A stretch of 30,401 nt of DNA, from IMG/VR virus record IMGVR_UViG_3300020044_003235, positions 1-30,401 of that record; one strand, given 5' to 3'. How positions within the stretch are numbered: position 1 is the first letter of the stretch; each line of letters opens with the position of its first letter. Under the pieces are notes generated by a model. It was not told the DNA's origin, searched no databases, and was given only the letters and a program-made list of their open reading frames with translations. Below are positions 14,485 through 23,700 of this stretch, piece by piece. The stretch comes from a virus. Lineage: Duplodnaviria > Caudoviricetes. The position numbers and the translations under genes were made by a program.

Positions 14485-15437
14485 GAAACCTGCTAACTAA
14501 GAAGACTACGTACACCTTCGACTATCCAGAGGCTTTGGCCTTTGCTGATAAACAGAATGGTGTGTTTTGGACCTTTGATGAGATTGATTTGGAAAAAGAT
14601 GTACACAGCATTCTTACCGACTTTACTCCTGCTGAACGTCATGGTGTTACTACTGCACTCAAGCTCTTTACCAAGTACGAACGTATTGTTGGTGATGAGT
14701 ATTGGTCTGGTACTGTTAAACCTAACTTCCAGCATCCTGATATTGGTCTAATGGCAGATGCCTTCTGCTACTTTGAAAGTAACGTCCATGCACGATTTTA
14801 TAACCGCATTAATGAACTACTGGGATTGGCTACTGAAGAGTTCCATCAATCTTGGCAGTATGATCCTGTATTGGCTAGCCGTGTCGGGTACTTGGATGCT
14901 ATTGCTGGTAGTCGTGATATTCCCCTTTCCTTGGCAGTCTTCTCAATGATGGAAGGCTGTATCCTGTACTCCAGTTTTGCTTTCCTGAAGCACTTCCAGA
15001 GTAACGGTAAGAACAAGCTGAGTAACCTTGTGGCAGGTATCAACTTCTCCGTGCGAGATGAGAACATCCACCACGAAGCAGGTGCTTGGTTGTTCCGCAC
15101 GTACATGGAAGAGAACAAGTTGGATAAGGCGTGGATGCAGGGGCGTGTTAATCAAGCTGCTAAGGCACTGGTTGAGCATGAGCATCGTATTGTTGACCTG
15201 CTGTTCTCTCACGGGGACATTGAAGGAATCAATGCACCTGCGATGAAGGCTTTCGTCAATGCACGGGCTAACGTATGTTTGAACAATCTGGGCTTTGACA
15301 GTATCTTTGATGAAACTGGTGATACAATCTCTGAGTGGTTTTATTTGGGCATCAGCTCCAGTACCATCCATGACTTCTTCGCCAAGGTTGGCAATCAGTA
15401 TAATCGTAAGTGGAACGAGAAAGGTTTTGTATGGTAA
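14481..15437 (+). CDS. nrdB: Class I ribonucleotide reductase beta subunit
   Basis: FW..EI...KD, E...H...Y, EG..LYSSF, RDENIH, DFF.....Y. Confidence 0.93.
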   Translation: MRNLLTKKTTYTFDYPEALAFADKQNGVFWTFDEIDLEKDVHSILTDFTPAERHGVTTALKLFTKYERIVGDEYWSGTVKPNFQHPDIGLMADAFCYFESNVHARFYNRINELLGLATEEFHQSWQYDPVLASRVGYLDAIAGSRDIPLSLAVFSMMEGCILYSSFAFLKHFQSNGKNKLSNLVAGINFSVRDENIHHEAGAWLFRTYMEENKLDKAWMQGRVNQAAKALVEHEHRIVDLLFSHGDIEGINAPAMKAFVNARANVCLNNLGFDSIFDETGDTISEWFYLGISSSTIHDFFAKVGNQYNRKWNEKGFVW

Positions 15438-17143
15438 GCACACCAGTGTTGGACAATAAGTATGAGTTCCTGAGTGCAGAGCGTAAGCGACTGCAGCAAC
15501 AAGGTTTGCTACCTATGTGGTATCAGACCGGGGGATGGGGGCTGTTCAAGAGCAAGTACATGGAAGGCTCAACGAGCTTTAAGAACCGTGTGGAACAGAT
15601 TGCTGCAACGGCAGCTAAACACGCACCTAAAGACGGAGTAGATTGGTATGCAAAGTTCTTCGAAGTTATTTGGAACGGCTGGCTTAGTCCTTCAACGCCT
15701 ACGTTGGCTAATCTCGGTACTAACAAAGGTATGCCTGTCGCTTGTTCTGGTCAGTATATTGGTGATTCTGTTGCTGACTTCTACGGTGAGCTTCTTGATA
15801 CTGCTGTGCTCACTAAGAATGGGTTCGGCACTAGCGGATATCTGGGTGACATTCGACCACGAGGCTCGCAGATCGCCACTGGTGGGACTGCTTCAGGAGT
15901 CTTACCAGTCTTTCAAACGTATGTAGATGCTATGAAGCGGGTAACTCAAGGGGTTGCTCGCCGAGGAGCTTGGGCAGGTTACTTACCTATTGATCATCCT
16001 GACTTTAACGAGTTGGCTGATTGGGTGAAGAATAACCCTGACGATGCTAACGTTGGATGGACAATCAGTAAAGACTTTATGGAGTCCTTGGACAGTGGGC
16101 ATCCTGAAGCTATTGAGCGTTACCAGAAGGCATTGAAGCTGAAGATGTTGACAGGTAAGGGTTACTTCTTGTTTACCGATAAGGTAGCAGATGCCCGTCC
16201 TGATACGTACAAAGCTCATGGCTTGGATGTTAAAGCCTCTAACCTGTGTACAGAGATCATGTTGCACAGCGGTGAGGATGAGACATTCACTTGTATCTTG
16301 GCTAGTATGAACTTGGAGAAGTATGATGAGTGGAAAGACACAGATGCTGTATTTACTGCGACAGTATTTCTTGATTGTGTTACTAGTGAGTTCTTGTCGA
16401 TGGCTACTGGCAAGAGAGGCTTTGAAAAGGCGGTGGCGTCAACTCAAAAGAGCCGTGCGCTAGGCTTAGGTGTTCTTGGTTGGCACTCGTTGCTGCACAA
16501 GAAGATGATTCCATTTGAGAGCTTCCAAGCTCAGAAACTTAACGTGGAGATTTTCAATGAACTTAACCGTCAGTCAGGCTCTGCCTCCAGATATCTTGCC
16601 GAAAAGCTTGGAGAACCTGAGTATTGCAAAGGATATGGAGTACGAAATACACACCGTCTTGCTGTCGCTCCCACCATGTCAACAAGCCAGCTCATGGGCG
16701 GGGTATCACAAGGCATTGAGCCTTTTATTGGAAATGTCTTTGTCCAACAGGGAGCCGGAGGAGAAACTATTCGAGTAGTTCCTGAACTGCTTGAGATCAT
16801 GAAGCGTGAAGGTGTGTACAGTCGTGAGACATTGCTTGAGATTGCAAGTCATGATGGCTCTATCCAGCACGTATCATGGATGACTGAGGATGAGAAGCGA
16901 GTATTCAAGACGGCGTTTGAAATTGATCCCTACATGATCCTTCAACAAGCGTCTGATCGTCAATCTTACATCTGCCAAGGTCAATCTATCAATCTGTTCT
17001 TCGGTGCAGATGATCCAGAGGAACATATTAGCTCTGTCCACAAGGCAGCATTTAAAGACCCTCGTATCTTGAGTCTGTATTACATTCGTACCAAGGCAGG
17101 GGTCAGTGCCAGCTCAGGTGAATGTGTTGCTTGTCACGCTTAA
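15431..17143 (+). CDS. nrdA: Class I ribonucleotide reductase alpha subunit (short, no obvious ATP cone)
   Basis: PSTP, PVAC, RRGA, SNLCTEI, TCILAS, R.LGLG, APT, QGQSINL, LYY and C-terminal CVAC. Confidence 0.96.
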   Translation: MVSTPVLDNKYEFLSAERKRLQQQGLLPMWYQTGGWGLFKSKYMEGSTSFKNRVEQIAATAAKHAPKDGVDWYAKFFEVIWNGWLSPSTPTLANLGTNKGMPVACSGQYIGDSVADFYGELLDTAVLTKNGFGTSGYLGDIRPRGSQIATGGTASGVLPVFQTYVDAMKRVTQGVARRGAWAGYLPIDHPDFNELADWVKNNPDDANVGWTISKDFMESLDSGHPEAIERYQKALKLKMLTGKGYFLFTDKVADARPDTYKAHGLDVKASNLCTEIMLHSGEDETFTCILASMNLEKYDEWKDTDAVFTATVFLDCVTSEFLSMATGKRGFEKAVASTQKSRALGLGVLGWHSLLHKKMIPFESFQAQKLNVEIFNELNRQSGSASRYLAEKLGEPEYCKGYGVRNTHRLAVAPTMSTSQLMGGVSQGIEPFIGNVFVQQGAGGETIRVVPELLEIMKREGVYSRETLLEIASHDGSIQHVSWMTEDEKRVFKTAFEIDPYMILQQASDRQSYICQGQSINLFFGADDPEEHISSVHKAAFKDPRILSLYYIRTKAGVSASSGECVACHA

Positions 17144-17154
17144 CAAGGAGTAAA

Positions 17155-17340
17155 ATGAAAACTGTAGTCTACAGCAAGGAGAATTGCCCTGCTTGCGTAG
17201 CTCTGAAGGCTCGCCTGAACAGGGACGGTGAGCCTTTCACAGAGATCGTAGTAGGTGTTGATCTGTCTCGTGAGGACTTCCTTGAGAGGTTCCCTCACGT
17301 GCGTATGATGCCTCATTTAGTGTTTGTAAACGAAGAGTAA
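17155..17340 (+). CDS. Glutaredoxin
   Basis: VYSKENCPAC...MP; AAGGAG SD; follows nrdA. Confidence 0.88.
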   Translation: MKTVVYSKENCPACVALKARLNRDGEPFTEIVVGVDLSREDFLERFPHVRMMPHLVFVNEE

Positions 17341-17349
17341 AGGGAGAAT

Positions 17350-18096
17350 ATGGCAAGTAAACCAATGAACCGAGCTATTCCAGCTAAGGAGATTACACCA
17401 CGAGAGAAGGCTAGTAATAGCCTCCGTCTGAAGCTGGATGACATGACAGTTATCAAGCCTAAGACTGAGAAGCAGATGGACTTCTTTGAAGCCTATCAAG
17501 CCTCTAACTACTTCATGGCATTGCACGGTGTAGCAGGTACAGGTAAGACATACATTGCCTTGTATAAAGCCTTGGAGGAGGCTCTGGATCGCAACAATCC
17601 CTTTAACAAGGTGACTGTGATCCGTAGCAGCGTACAAGGCCGTGATATGGGGTTCTTGCCCGGAGATGCAGATGAGAAGATGGAAGTATATATCCAGCCT
17701 TATCGACAGATCTGTAGTGACCTGTTCAAGCGCAAGGATGCGTGGGATCGACTGGTAGAGCAAGGACACATTGAGTTTGTGTCTACCTCGTTCATTCGAG
17801 GAACTACCTTTAGTAATAGCATTATCATTGTTGACGAACTTCAAAACCTTACCTTTGAAGAATTAGATACAGTTATCACTCGCGTAGGTGATAAATCTAA
17901 GATTATCTTCTGTGGAGATTACCGTCAAACTGATTTGAAAAAGAAAGATGATAAATCGGGTATCTTAAAGTTCTTTGATATTGCCGCTAAAATGAAAGAG
18001 TTTGTTCGTATTGAATTCCACATTGAGGATATTGTTCGTAGCTCATTAGTTAAGAACTATATTATTGCCAAAACTAAATATGAGGATGGTGAATGA
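17350..18096 (+). CDS. phoH: PhoH-family protein
   Basis: GVAGTGKT, MGFLPG, FIRGTTF, DELQN, TRVG, GDYRQTD, DIVRS. Confidence 0.95.
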   Translation: MASKPMNRAIPAKEITPREKASNSLRLKLDDMTVIKPKTEKQMDFFEAYQASNYFMALHGVAGTGKTYIALYKALEEALDRNNPFNKVTVIRSSVQGRDMGFLPGDADEKMEVYIQPYRQICSDLFKRKDAWDRLVEQGHIEFVSTSFIRGTTFSNSIIIVDELQNLTFEELDTVITRVGDKSKIIFCGDYRQTDLKKKDDKSGILKFFDIAAKMKEFVRIEFHIEDIVRSSLVKNYIIAKTKYEDGE

Positions 18097-18719
18097 AAGC
18101 CAATGAAAGCTTGGAAGAACTCTTGATGATGCCTCAAGAGCAGAAGGGTCTTATCCGTACTATCACTCAGCAGATGCACACTCACTTAGTGTTCTTGGAT
18201 GAAGATATTACTTCTCCGGGAAACTATCGTGATGTTATTCACTGTTTGGCTACTTGTAGTGAGAATGACAATGTGAACATTTTAGTCAACAGTTCTGGCG
18301 GACGAACTGACAGTGCATGGGCTATCATTGAAGCGATGAAAGGCTGTCGAGGGGATGTTTCTGTTACAGTCCTTGGTGCTGCTTACAGTGCTGCTTCAAT
18401 GATTGCTTGCATGGCAGACGAATGTTACTTTGCTGAAAGCTCCGAGATGATGCTACACACAGCTCACTACGGTTCTATCAACACAGTACCTAATGTCAAG
18501 ACTCAGGTAGATTTCACTACTCGGCAGATGAACAAACTTCTCGATACTTGCTATAAAGGATTTTTATCTGATAAAGAGCTAGAAGAGTTGAAGAATGGTA
18601 AGGAGTTCTGGTTTGATGCTGAAGAGTCAGGTAAGCGTATGGTGAAGCGCTACAAGTATCTCAGTGGGCTGAATAAGCCACCTAAGCCTGCAAAGGTTAA
18701 GGAAGTTACTGTAGAGTAA
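18093..18719 (+). CDS. ClpP-like serine protease
   Basis: VNSSGG, GAAYSAASMI (catalytic Ser), MMLH (His), EFWFDAEE. Confidence 0.85.
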   Translation: MKANESLEELLMMPQEQKGLIRTITQQMHTHLVFLDEDITSPGNYRDVIHCLATCSENDNVNILVNSSGGRTDSAWAIIEAMKGCRGDVSVTVLGAAYSAASMIACMADECYFAESSEMMLHTAHYGSINTVPNVKTQVDFTTRQMNKLLDTCYKGFLSDKELEELKNGKEFWFDAEESGKRMVKRYKYLSGLNKPPKPAKVKEVTVE

Positions 18720-18722
18720 ATG

Positions 18723-18765
18723 AAAAAGGCCCGTTAGAGTTTCCTCTAACGGGCCTTATCTGTTT
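18723..18765. terminator. Rho-independent terminator between the convergent arms, probably bidirectional
   Basis: Perfect 14-bp stem AAGGCCCGTTAGAG-tttc-CTCTAACGGGCCTT. The A-tract on the left is a U-tract for the - strand; the tail TTATCTGTTT on the + strand is weaker. Confidence 0.9.
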
Positions 18766-19072
18766 ATAGCTTATTGTTATTATGTTTACTATACCAGAAA
18801 GTAAAGTAATAGATTATGAGAGAACCTCCTATATCCTTCAATATCCAGAATGGGAATACTGTATCTACTGGATAATGACCATGTTCAAGATAATATAATG
18901 ATCTTATTACTTGAACCATCAAACCAAAGGATAAGAGGAGAATACCGATGGATAGTATTTTAGGGAAGTTTAATACATGACCTGAAACACTTAACCAACC
19001 GACAAACAAGATAGCAGCCCCCTCAATCACAAGCATGATTGACAGCCATGTTGAAATGTCGATAGCTCTCAT
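18764..19072 (-). CDS. Multi-TM membrane protein of the lysis cassette
   Basis: Three hydrophobic segments; last gene of the late arm; ATGA-coupled. Confidence 0.7.
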   Translation of the reverse strand: MRAIDISTWLSIMLVIEGAAILFVGWLSVSGHVLNFPKILSIGILLLSFGLMVQVIRSLYYLEHGHYPVDTVFPFWILKDIGGSLIIYYFTFWYSKHNNNKL

Positions 19073-19512
19073 TTTTGTTCTACCTTCTTAGTTACCGCTA
19101 CTTTCTTAGCTACGGCAGGTTTACGTACAGTCTTCTTAGGTGTTGCTGTCTTGTTACCACGTACTTCCTGCACCACTTCCATGATGTCATCATTCTCACG
19201 CTTCTCTAAGAAGTTAGCCACCCATGCAATAACGCCTACGCACATCACACCGATTGCATAACCTAAGCCTAGAGCTACGTCCACATCACTGAAGTTAAGA
19301 CCTGCCCATCGAGCAATCAAGCCTCCCAGAGCAAACGATGCAGATACAGAGATGCCACCAATGATAGCACCTGCTGCCAGTCTTCCATGTTGGTGTAATC
19401 GTTGGGGTTGCCAAAAGAAACTCACAGATAGTCCTCCGAATAGGCCCGCTAAAGCGGCTGCTCCTTTACTGATAACATACCCCCCACTAAAACTACTAAT
19501 AGGATCTGCCAT
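19069..19512 (-). CDS. Holin-like membrane protein with Lys-rich tail
   Basis: Gly/Ala-rich TM segments, basic C-terminus, near the endolysin. Confidence 0.65.
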   Translation of the reverse strand: MADPISSFSGGYVISKGAAALAGLFGGLSVSFFWQPQRLHQHGRLAAGAIIGGISVSASFALGGLIARWAGLNFSDVDVALGLGYAIGVMCVGVIAWVANFLEKRENDDIMEVVQEVRGNKTATPKKTVRKPAVAKKVAVTKKVEQK

Positions 19513-19934
19513 CACTCTTTTCCTTTATTGTTGTTACTTCTAATTTCAGTAATTTTTTCTAAACTTCTTGAACCAAAGTAAGCACCGAAGATCAACATCC
19601 CCCAATTGCCTAGCAGTGTTACATATGCTTGATTAGCATTATATCCGAAAGCACTCATCATTGCAAATGTAAAATAACCAGAAAAGATAGCAATCAAAGA
19701 CATAGGTCGAATATTCTTACTGAGCCAACTATCACTAGTCATGTCAGAAGACCACCGTTCTGTGACATTTTCCTGCTCTGCTTTGAACAGCTCAGTCTCA
19801 TTAGCCATCTTAGCAAGCTCCCCTGACTGAGCTAGTTCTGCTAGCTTCAGTTGAGCCTCTGCCTTTTGAGCAGCATCGGGGATAAGCTTATCAATGAGCT
19901 TTGTACCAATACCTAATATTGATTCTAGTATCAT
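19512..19934 (-). CDS. Holin of the 3TM / GTA-release type
   Basis: G.KLIDKLIPD...KAEA.L...RW.SDM.SDSWLSKNIRP...AYFG.R..EK. Confidence 0.8.
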   Translation of the reverse strand: MILESILGIGTKLIDKLIPDAAQKAEAQLKLAELAQSGELAKMANETELFKAEQENVTERWSSDMTSDSWLSKNIRPMSLIAIFSGYFTFAMMSAFGYNANQAYVTLLGNWGMLIFGAYFGSRSLEKITEIRSNNNKGKE

Positions 19935-20314
19935 GGATATTTACTCTTGTTAAGTTCAAAGTGAGGGCCATCACGGAAGGACACCCAATCACCTCCCCAC
20001 ACCAGAGGAATACCTAACTTAGTAGCTACTCCTTTGATGTGATCAGCAACGAGCTGGTAATACTTGAAGTCCCAAGTCACAGTACCGTCCTTGATCACAG
20101 CGATGTCCACAGCCTTACCTGTCAGATGCCTACTGTTCATCGTCTGAGACTTACCCGCACTAAAGAGTTCCTGTTGGCGCTCCTTAGTACGTAAGCCTTC
20201 GGTGATGGAGAAGTCCAGAGGAGACTCTTTGATAGCCTCCTCCATTACTTTCACTAGATCAGGGTGTACTCCGCTTAGGCGTTCCTTAGATTTGTTTCCG
20301 AATGAGAATGTCAT
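19931..20314 (-). CDS. Endolysin, M15 family L-Ala-D-Glu peptidase
   Basis: L.GVHPDL, EGLRT.ERQ, SRHLTGKAVD, WGGDW, DGPHFEL. Confidence 0.93.
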   Translation of the reverse strand: MTFSFGNKSKERLSGVHPDLVKVMEEAIKESPLDFSITEGLRTKERQQELFSAGKSQTMNSRHLTGKAVDIAVIKDGTVTWDFKYYQLVADHIKGVATKLGIPLVWGGDWVSFRDGPHFELNKSKYP

Positions 20315-20317
20315 AAG

Positions 20318-22426
20318 TTACTCCGTTTCAATGCCCATCAAACGCAACTGTTGGAGAGCTTCGTCTGGACTGATTTGTTGTTGAGCAGGTTCAGGCGGAA
20401 TAGATGAGTCCATAGGCTGTGATGTCTCCACCATTGGCCCGACACGGGGAGCAAACTTAGCAGAAGCATCGCCAAGCTTAGTTACAACATTAGTTAATTT
20501 CTTAACGGTTGTTGCTTGTTGTGCTTCCTTCATTGCTTTAACAGTCTCTGGATTAAAGATGACATCAGCAAAAGCGTTAGGACTAGCCACAATGTCTTTT
20601 ATTAATCCTACTGTCTCTTTTGCCAAGTTAGCAATCTGAGAGCTGCCGCCAAAACCTCGTGTGGTTGAGTAAACATCTCCACCTTTAATTCCACCAGCAG
20701 ATCCTACCGATTCGCTTTTCAAGACACGCTGCATATACTGCATAGCAAGCAAAGCATCTGCTTTGTCTTTAGAGTTAGTAAACAGATAATCAAAATCTCC
20801 TTTACGTTTCCCTAGCTCAGTCAGTGCAGTTTTAACCATGAATTCTGGACTATCGGCAGCAGCGCCAGCAGCGGCGTCAGTTGCTTTTGAAAGAACCTGA
20901 TTAAATTGTTGCTTACGTACAGTGTCAAAGACTGAGGCTCCATCCGGACTATTCTGAAGTACATCTGCTAAGAAACGACGCTCTGATGGAGTTGCTTTGG
21001 ACAGCTTATCAATAACCTTTTCAGGAGTTAAAGCAGAAACTGTTTCAACGTCAAAATACTTAGTTAAAGGAACATTAGAATATTCTTCAATCTTAGCTAA
21101 GTTAGCTTTAAAGTTATCACGAGCTTTGATCAGTTTATCAGCACCTGCGATACCTTCAGTTGAAGCTTGATCTAAAGAATCACGGAATCCGCGAAGTACA
21201 CTTAAAGCAATTCCTTTAACCTGTCCCGGTGCAACTCCCTCAAAGATGTTACCTTTACCAAAATCTGCCTTACCTGAATAAACTGCTTCACCCCATGCTG
21301 ATAAGTTCTTCTGAAGGCGATCAATACTAATCTCGCGCAAGCCAGCAGGCACGGCAGGAGTAATCGATACACTTGCTGGTTCACCTGTAGGGCCTAAAAT
21401 CGTTGAGGGAGTAACCTTAGCTTCTTGAGCAGGAATTGAATACTCGTCAATAATCTTTTGTAAAGCATTACGAACAGGAGCCAAAGCAGCAATTTCAGGA
21501 GGAATAGAAGCAAGCTGCTCAGAGACAATAGATACCACCGGAGTTGTATCAATCTTCCCACCAGAAGACTTAGCTGCACCGAAGTCTTTAGCAGCCTGCG
21601 ACCGCAGTTGACCTGTGAGGGCTTTCCCATAATTGTTAAAAGCAGTAAAAGCAGAAGTAGTCGCTTGTTCAGGAGAGACTGCTTGGCTTGATGCGCGTTT
21701 AAACACGTTATCAAGGAAAGAAGATACATCCTGCGCTTGGGCTTGTCTAAAGTCTGTTCCTTTTGCTTCAATGCTTGGGGCAGCTTCAACACGGGCTTCA
21801 GTTGCCAATTGAACACGACTACCTGTGGCTTCACCGGGAGTCATACGACCAACACGCAAAAGATCTTCGACTGTTGGAGGGACTTGCCCTGTGGGGCTAG
21901 TAATTGATTTACGGGCTGTCATTACTCCACCACGCAAGGCATAAGGAGAAGCTTGGATAGCTAACTGAGCTAAAGGACTATCAGGAGCAATCTGCTGTGC
22001 AGCGACGCCAGTTGCCCCTGCTACTGCTCCTTCTCCTGCTAAACCAGCCGCACTTCTACCAAACAATCCGGGAAGACCTGCCGCAGATAAAGCCACAGCA
22101 GGGCCAGCAGCTTCCCCAAAATCAAACAAACCACGATAACCACTAATTTGCTGTAAATCAGGGCCTCCAAGGTCACGGATACCTTTTAAAATACCAGTAG
22201 CAGACAAGGCCGATGGATCAGGGCTTTTCCGAAGATAATCATAAAGAGTTCCCCATCCACCGATAAGTCCTATAATACCTTTGGCAGGGCCTTTTAACAG
22301 GCTTTCAGCACCTTTTTTAAACTCTTCAAAAGTTGTGCCTTTTTCCTCAAGCACAGATTCGCTTGAAGTAACAAGGCCCCGCTTTTTAAGTTCTTCTAAT
22401 GCTTGTTGTTGGGAAATTTCTGCCAT
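20318..22426 (-). CDS. Large internal virion / DNA ejection protein (putative)
   Basis: 702 aa, Ala/Gly-rich; third of three such genes after the tail genes, as in podoviruses. Function inferred from synteny. Confidence 0.65.
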   Translation of the reverse strand: MAEISQQQALEELKKRGLVTSSESVLEEKGTTFEEFKKGAESLLKGPAKGIIGLIGGWGTLYDYLRKSPDPSALSATGILKGIRDLGGPDLQQISGYRGLFDFGEAAGPAVALSAAGLPGLFGRSAAGLAGEGAVAGATGVAAQQIAPDSPLAQLAIQASPYALRGGVMTARKSITSPTGQVPPTVEDLLRVGRMTPGEATGSRVQLATEARVEAAPSIEAKGTDFRQAQAQDVSSFLDNVFKRASSQAVSPEQATTSAFTAFNNYGKALTGQLRSQAAKDFGAAKSSGGKIDTTPVVSIVSEQLASIPPEIAALAPVRNALQKIIDEYSIPAQEAKVTPSTILGPTGEPASVSITPAVPAGLREISIDRLQKNLSAWGEAVYSGKADFGKGNIFEGVAPGQVKGIALSVLRGFRDSLDQASTEGIAGADKLIKARDNFKANLAKIEEYSNVPLTKYFDVETVSALTPEKVIDKLSKATPSERRFLADVLQNSPDGASVFDTVRKQQFNQVLSKATDAAAGAAADSPEFMVKTALTELGKRKGDFDYLFTNSKDKADALLAMQYMQRVLKSESVGSAGGIKGGDVYSTTRGFGGSSQIANLAKETVGLIKDIVASPNAFADVIFNPETVKAMKEAQQATTVKKLTNVVTKLGDASAKFAPRVGPMVETSQPMDSSIPPEPAQQQISPDEALQQLRLMGIETE

Positions 22427-22434
22427 ATTCTTCC

Positions 22435-23691
22435 TTATTTATTCGGTACAAATTTACCGTTTACAATCTTACCACCAGCAGCTTTAGCTAAATCATCAGC
22501 GGACAGAGAAGTCGCTGGTGCATTGGAAGCCATAGGGAATTTAGGAGTAAATCCTTTAAGGGTTTCTTTATCTCTAGCGTAGTTCTCAAGACGAGTAGCT
22601 TCATCAGCAATTTCCATGTTCTTACGGCGCATGAAAGTGATAAGCTGACGTCGAGCCGTAGGGCTTGTTTCAAGCTGCGGCACAAGACCTTCAATAAACT
22701 TACGATCATCGTTAGAGAAACCAGCACCAAGTTTACCCCCGAGAATACCTAAAATCACATCACCTGCAACTTTCTGGTAGTTCTGAGAAGAAGCAAGACG
22801 CTGTTGATCGGAAGGTGAGGCTAAACCAAGCGTATTAAGCAAGTTAGTAGCGCCTACTCGACCTGTAGCAAACGATCCACTAATCAATCCTTGATCATCC
22901 AAAGCAGCTAATTGATCTAAGGAGCGAACAGTTGACACTGCGCTGGCGCGTGTAGCCATAGCATTTTCAACTTGTTTAGCATCTATTCCTGCAAGTTTTT
23001 CAGTAAATTCTTTGCGCCCTGCTAAATTAACATCAACAGTAGTTCCTTTGCCTTTTTTAGTGCCTTCTAACTCAGCAGCAGCAAAAGCTTGCATCTGCTT
23101 TTGGAACTCAGGAGTACCTTCTTTTAAGCCAGTATCTTTAAGGATCTGCCCATAGGTAGAAACTTTTACAGCTTCTGGTACTTCCAGCAAACTAATATCA
23201 TTACCTGCATCTTGGGCAGCTTTAACGGAAGCAGGAGTTGCCTTAGCAGCCAGAGCCAAGAATGCTTTGTCTCCTACAGAGAATGATTTCTTTTCAGCAG
23301 TCTTAGCTGTGATATTAGCCTCTGTTTCACGGGCTTTTAAAGCAGCCGCCGCAGACTGCTGATAACGATTAGTCAGCTCACTAACCAACTGATAGTCCCT
23401 GTTCTGCATAGCACTTTGAATGCCTTGCTTCAACGACTCAGGACTGCTTAGATCAAGACCTTGCAACATCTGTTGACGCTGTTGGATACGCATCATCTCA
23501 GGATCTTGAGCACCAAGCAATCCACCAGCAGCACCTGCCAATCGATTACCTGCGGTGTAGAAGCCTGCCTGAGCAGACTGCATAGGACTCAACTGTGCAA
23601 AGTTAGTAGCCTGTTGAGACAATGCAGCTTCACGTTGAGCCATCAAAGCTTCAGGGGTAACTCCAAATAATCCACCTACAATTTCAGCCAT
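22435..23691 (-). CDS. Internal virion / ejection protein (putative)
   Basis: Ala/Gln/Gly-rich, 418 aa; synteny. Confidence 0.65.
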   Translation of the reverse strand: MAEIVGGLFGVTPEALMAQREAALSQQATNFAQLSPMQSAQAGFYTAGNRLAGAAGGLLGAQDPEMMRIQQRQQMLQGLDLSSPESLKQGIQSAMQNRDYQLVSELTNRYQQSAAAALKARETEANITAKTAEKKSFSVGDKAFLALAAKATPASVKAAQDAGNDISLLEVPEAVKVSTYGQILKDTGLKEGTPEFQKQMQAFAAAELEGTKKGKGTTVDVNLAGRKEFTEKLAGIDAKQVENAMATRASAVSTVRSLDQLAALDDQGLISGSFATGRVGATNLLNTLGLASPSDQQRLASSQNYQKVAGDVILGILGGKLGAGFSNDDRKFIEGLVPQLETSPTARRQLITFMRRKNMEIADEATRLENYARDKETLKGFTPKFPMASNAPATSLSADDLAKAAGGKIVNGKFVPNK

Positions 23692-23700
23692 AATAATTCC

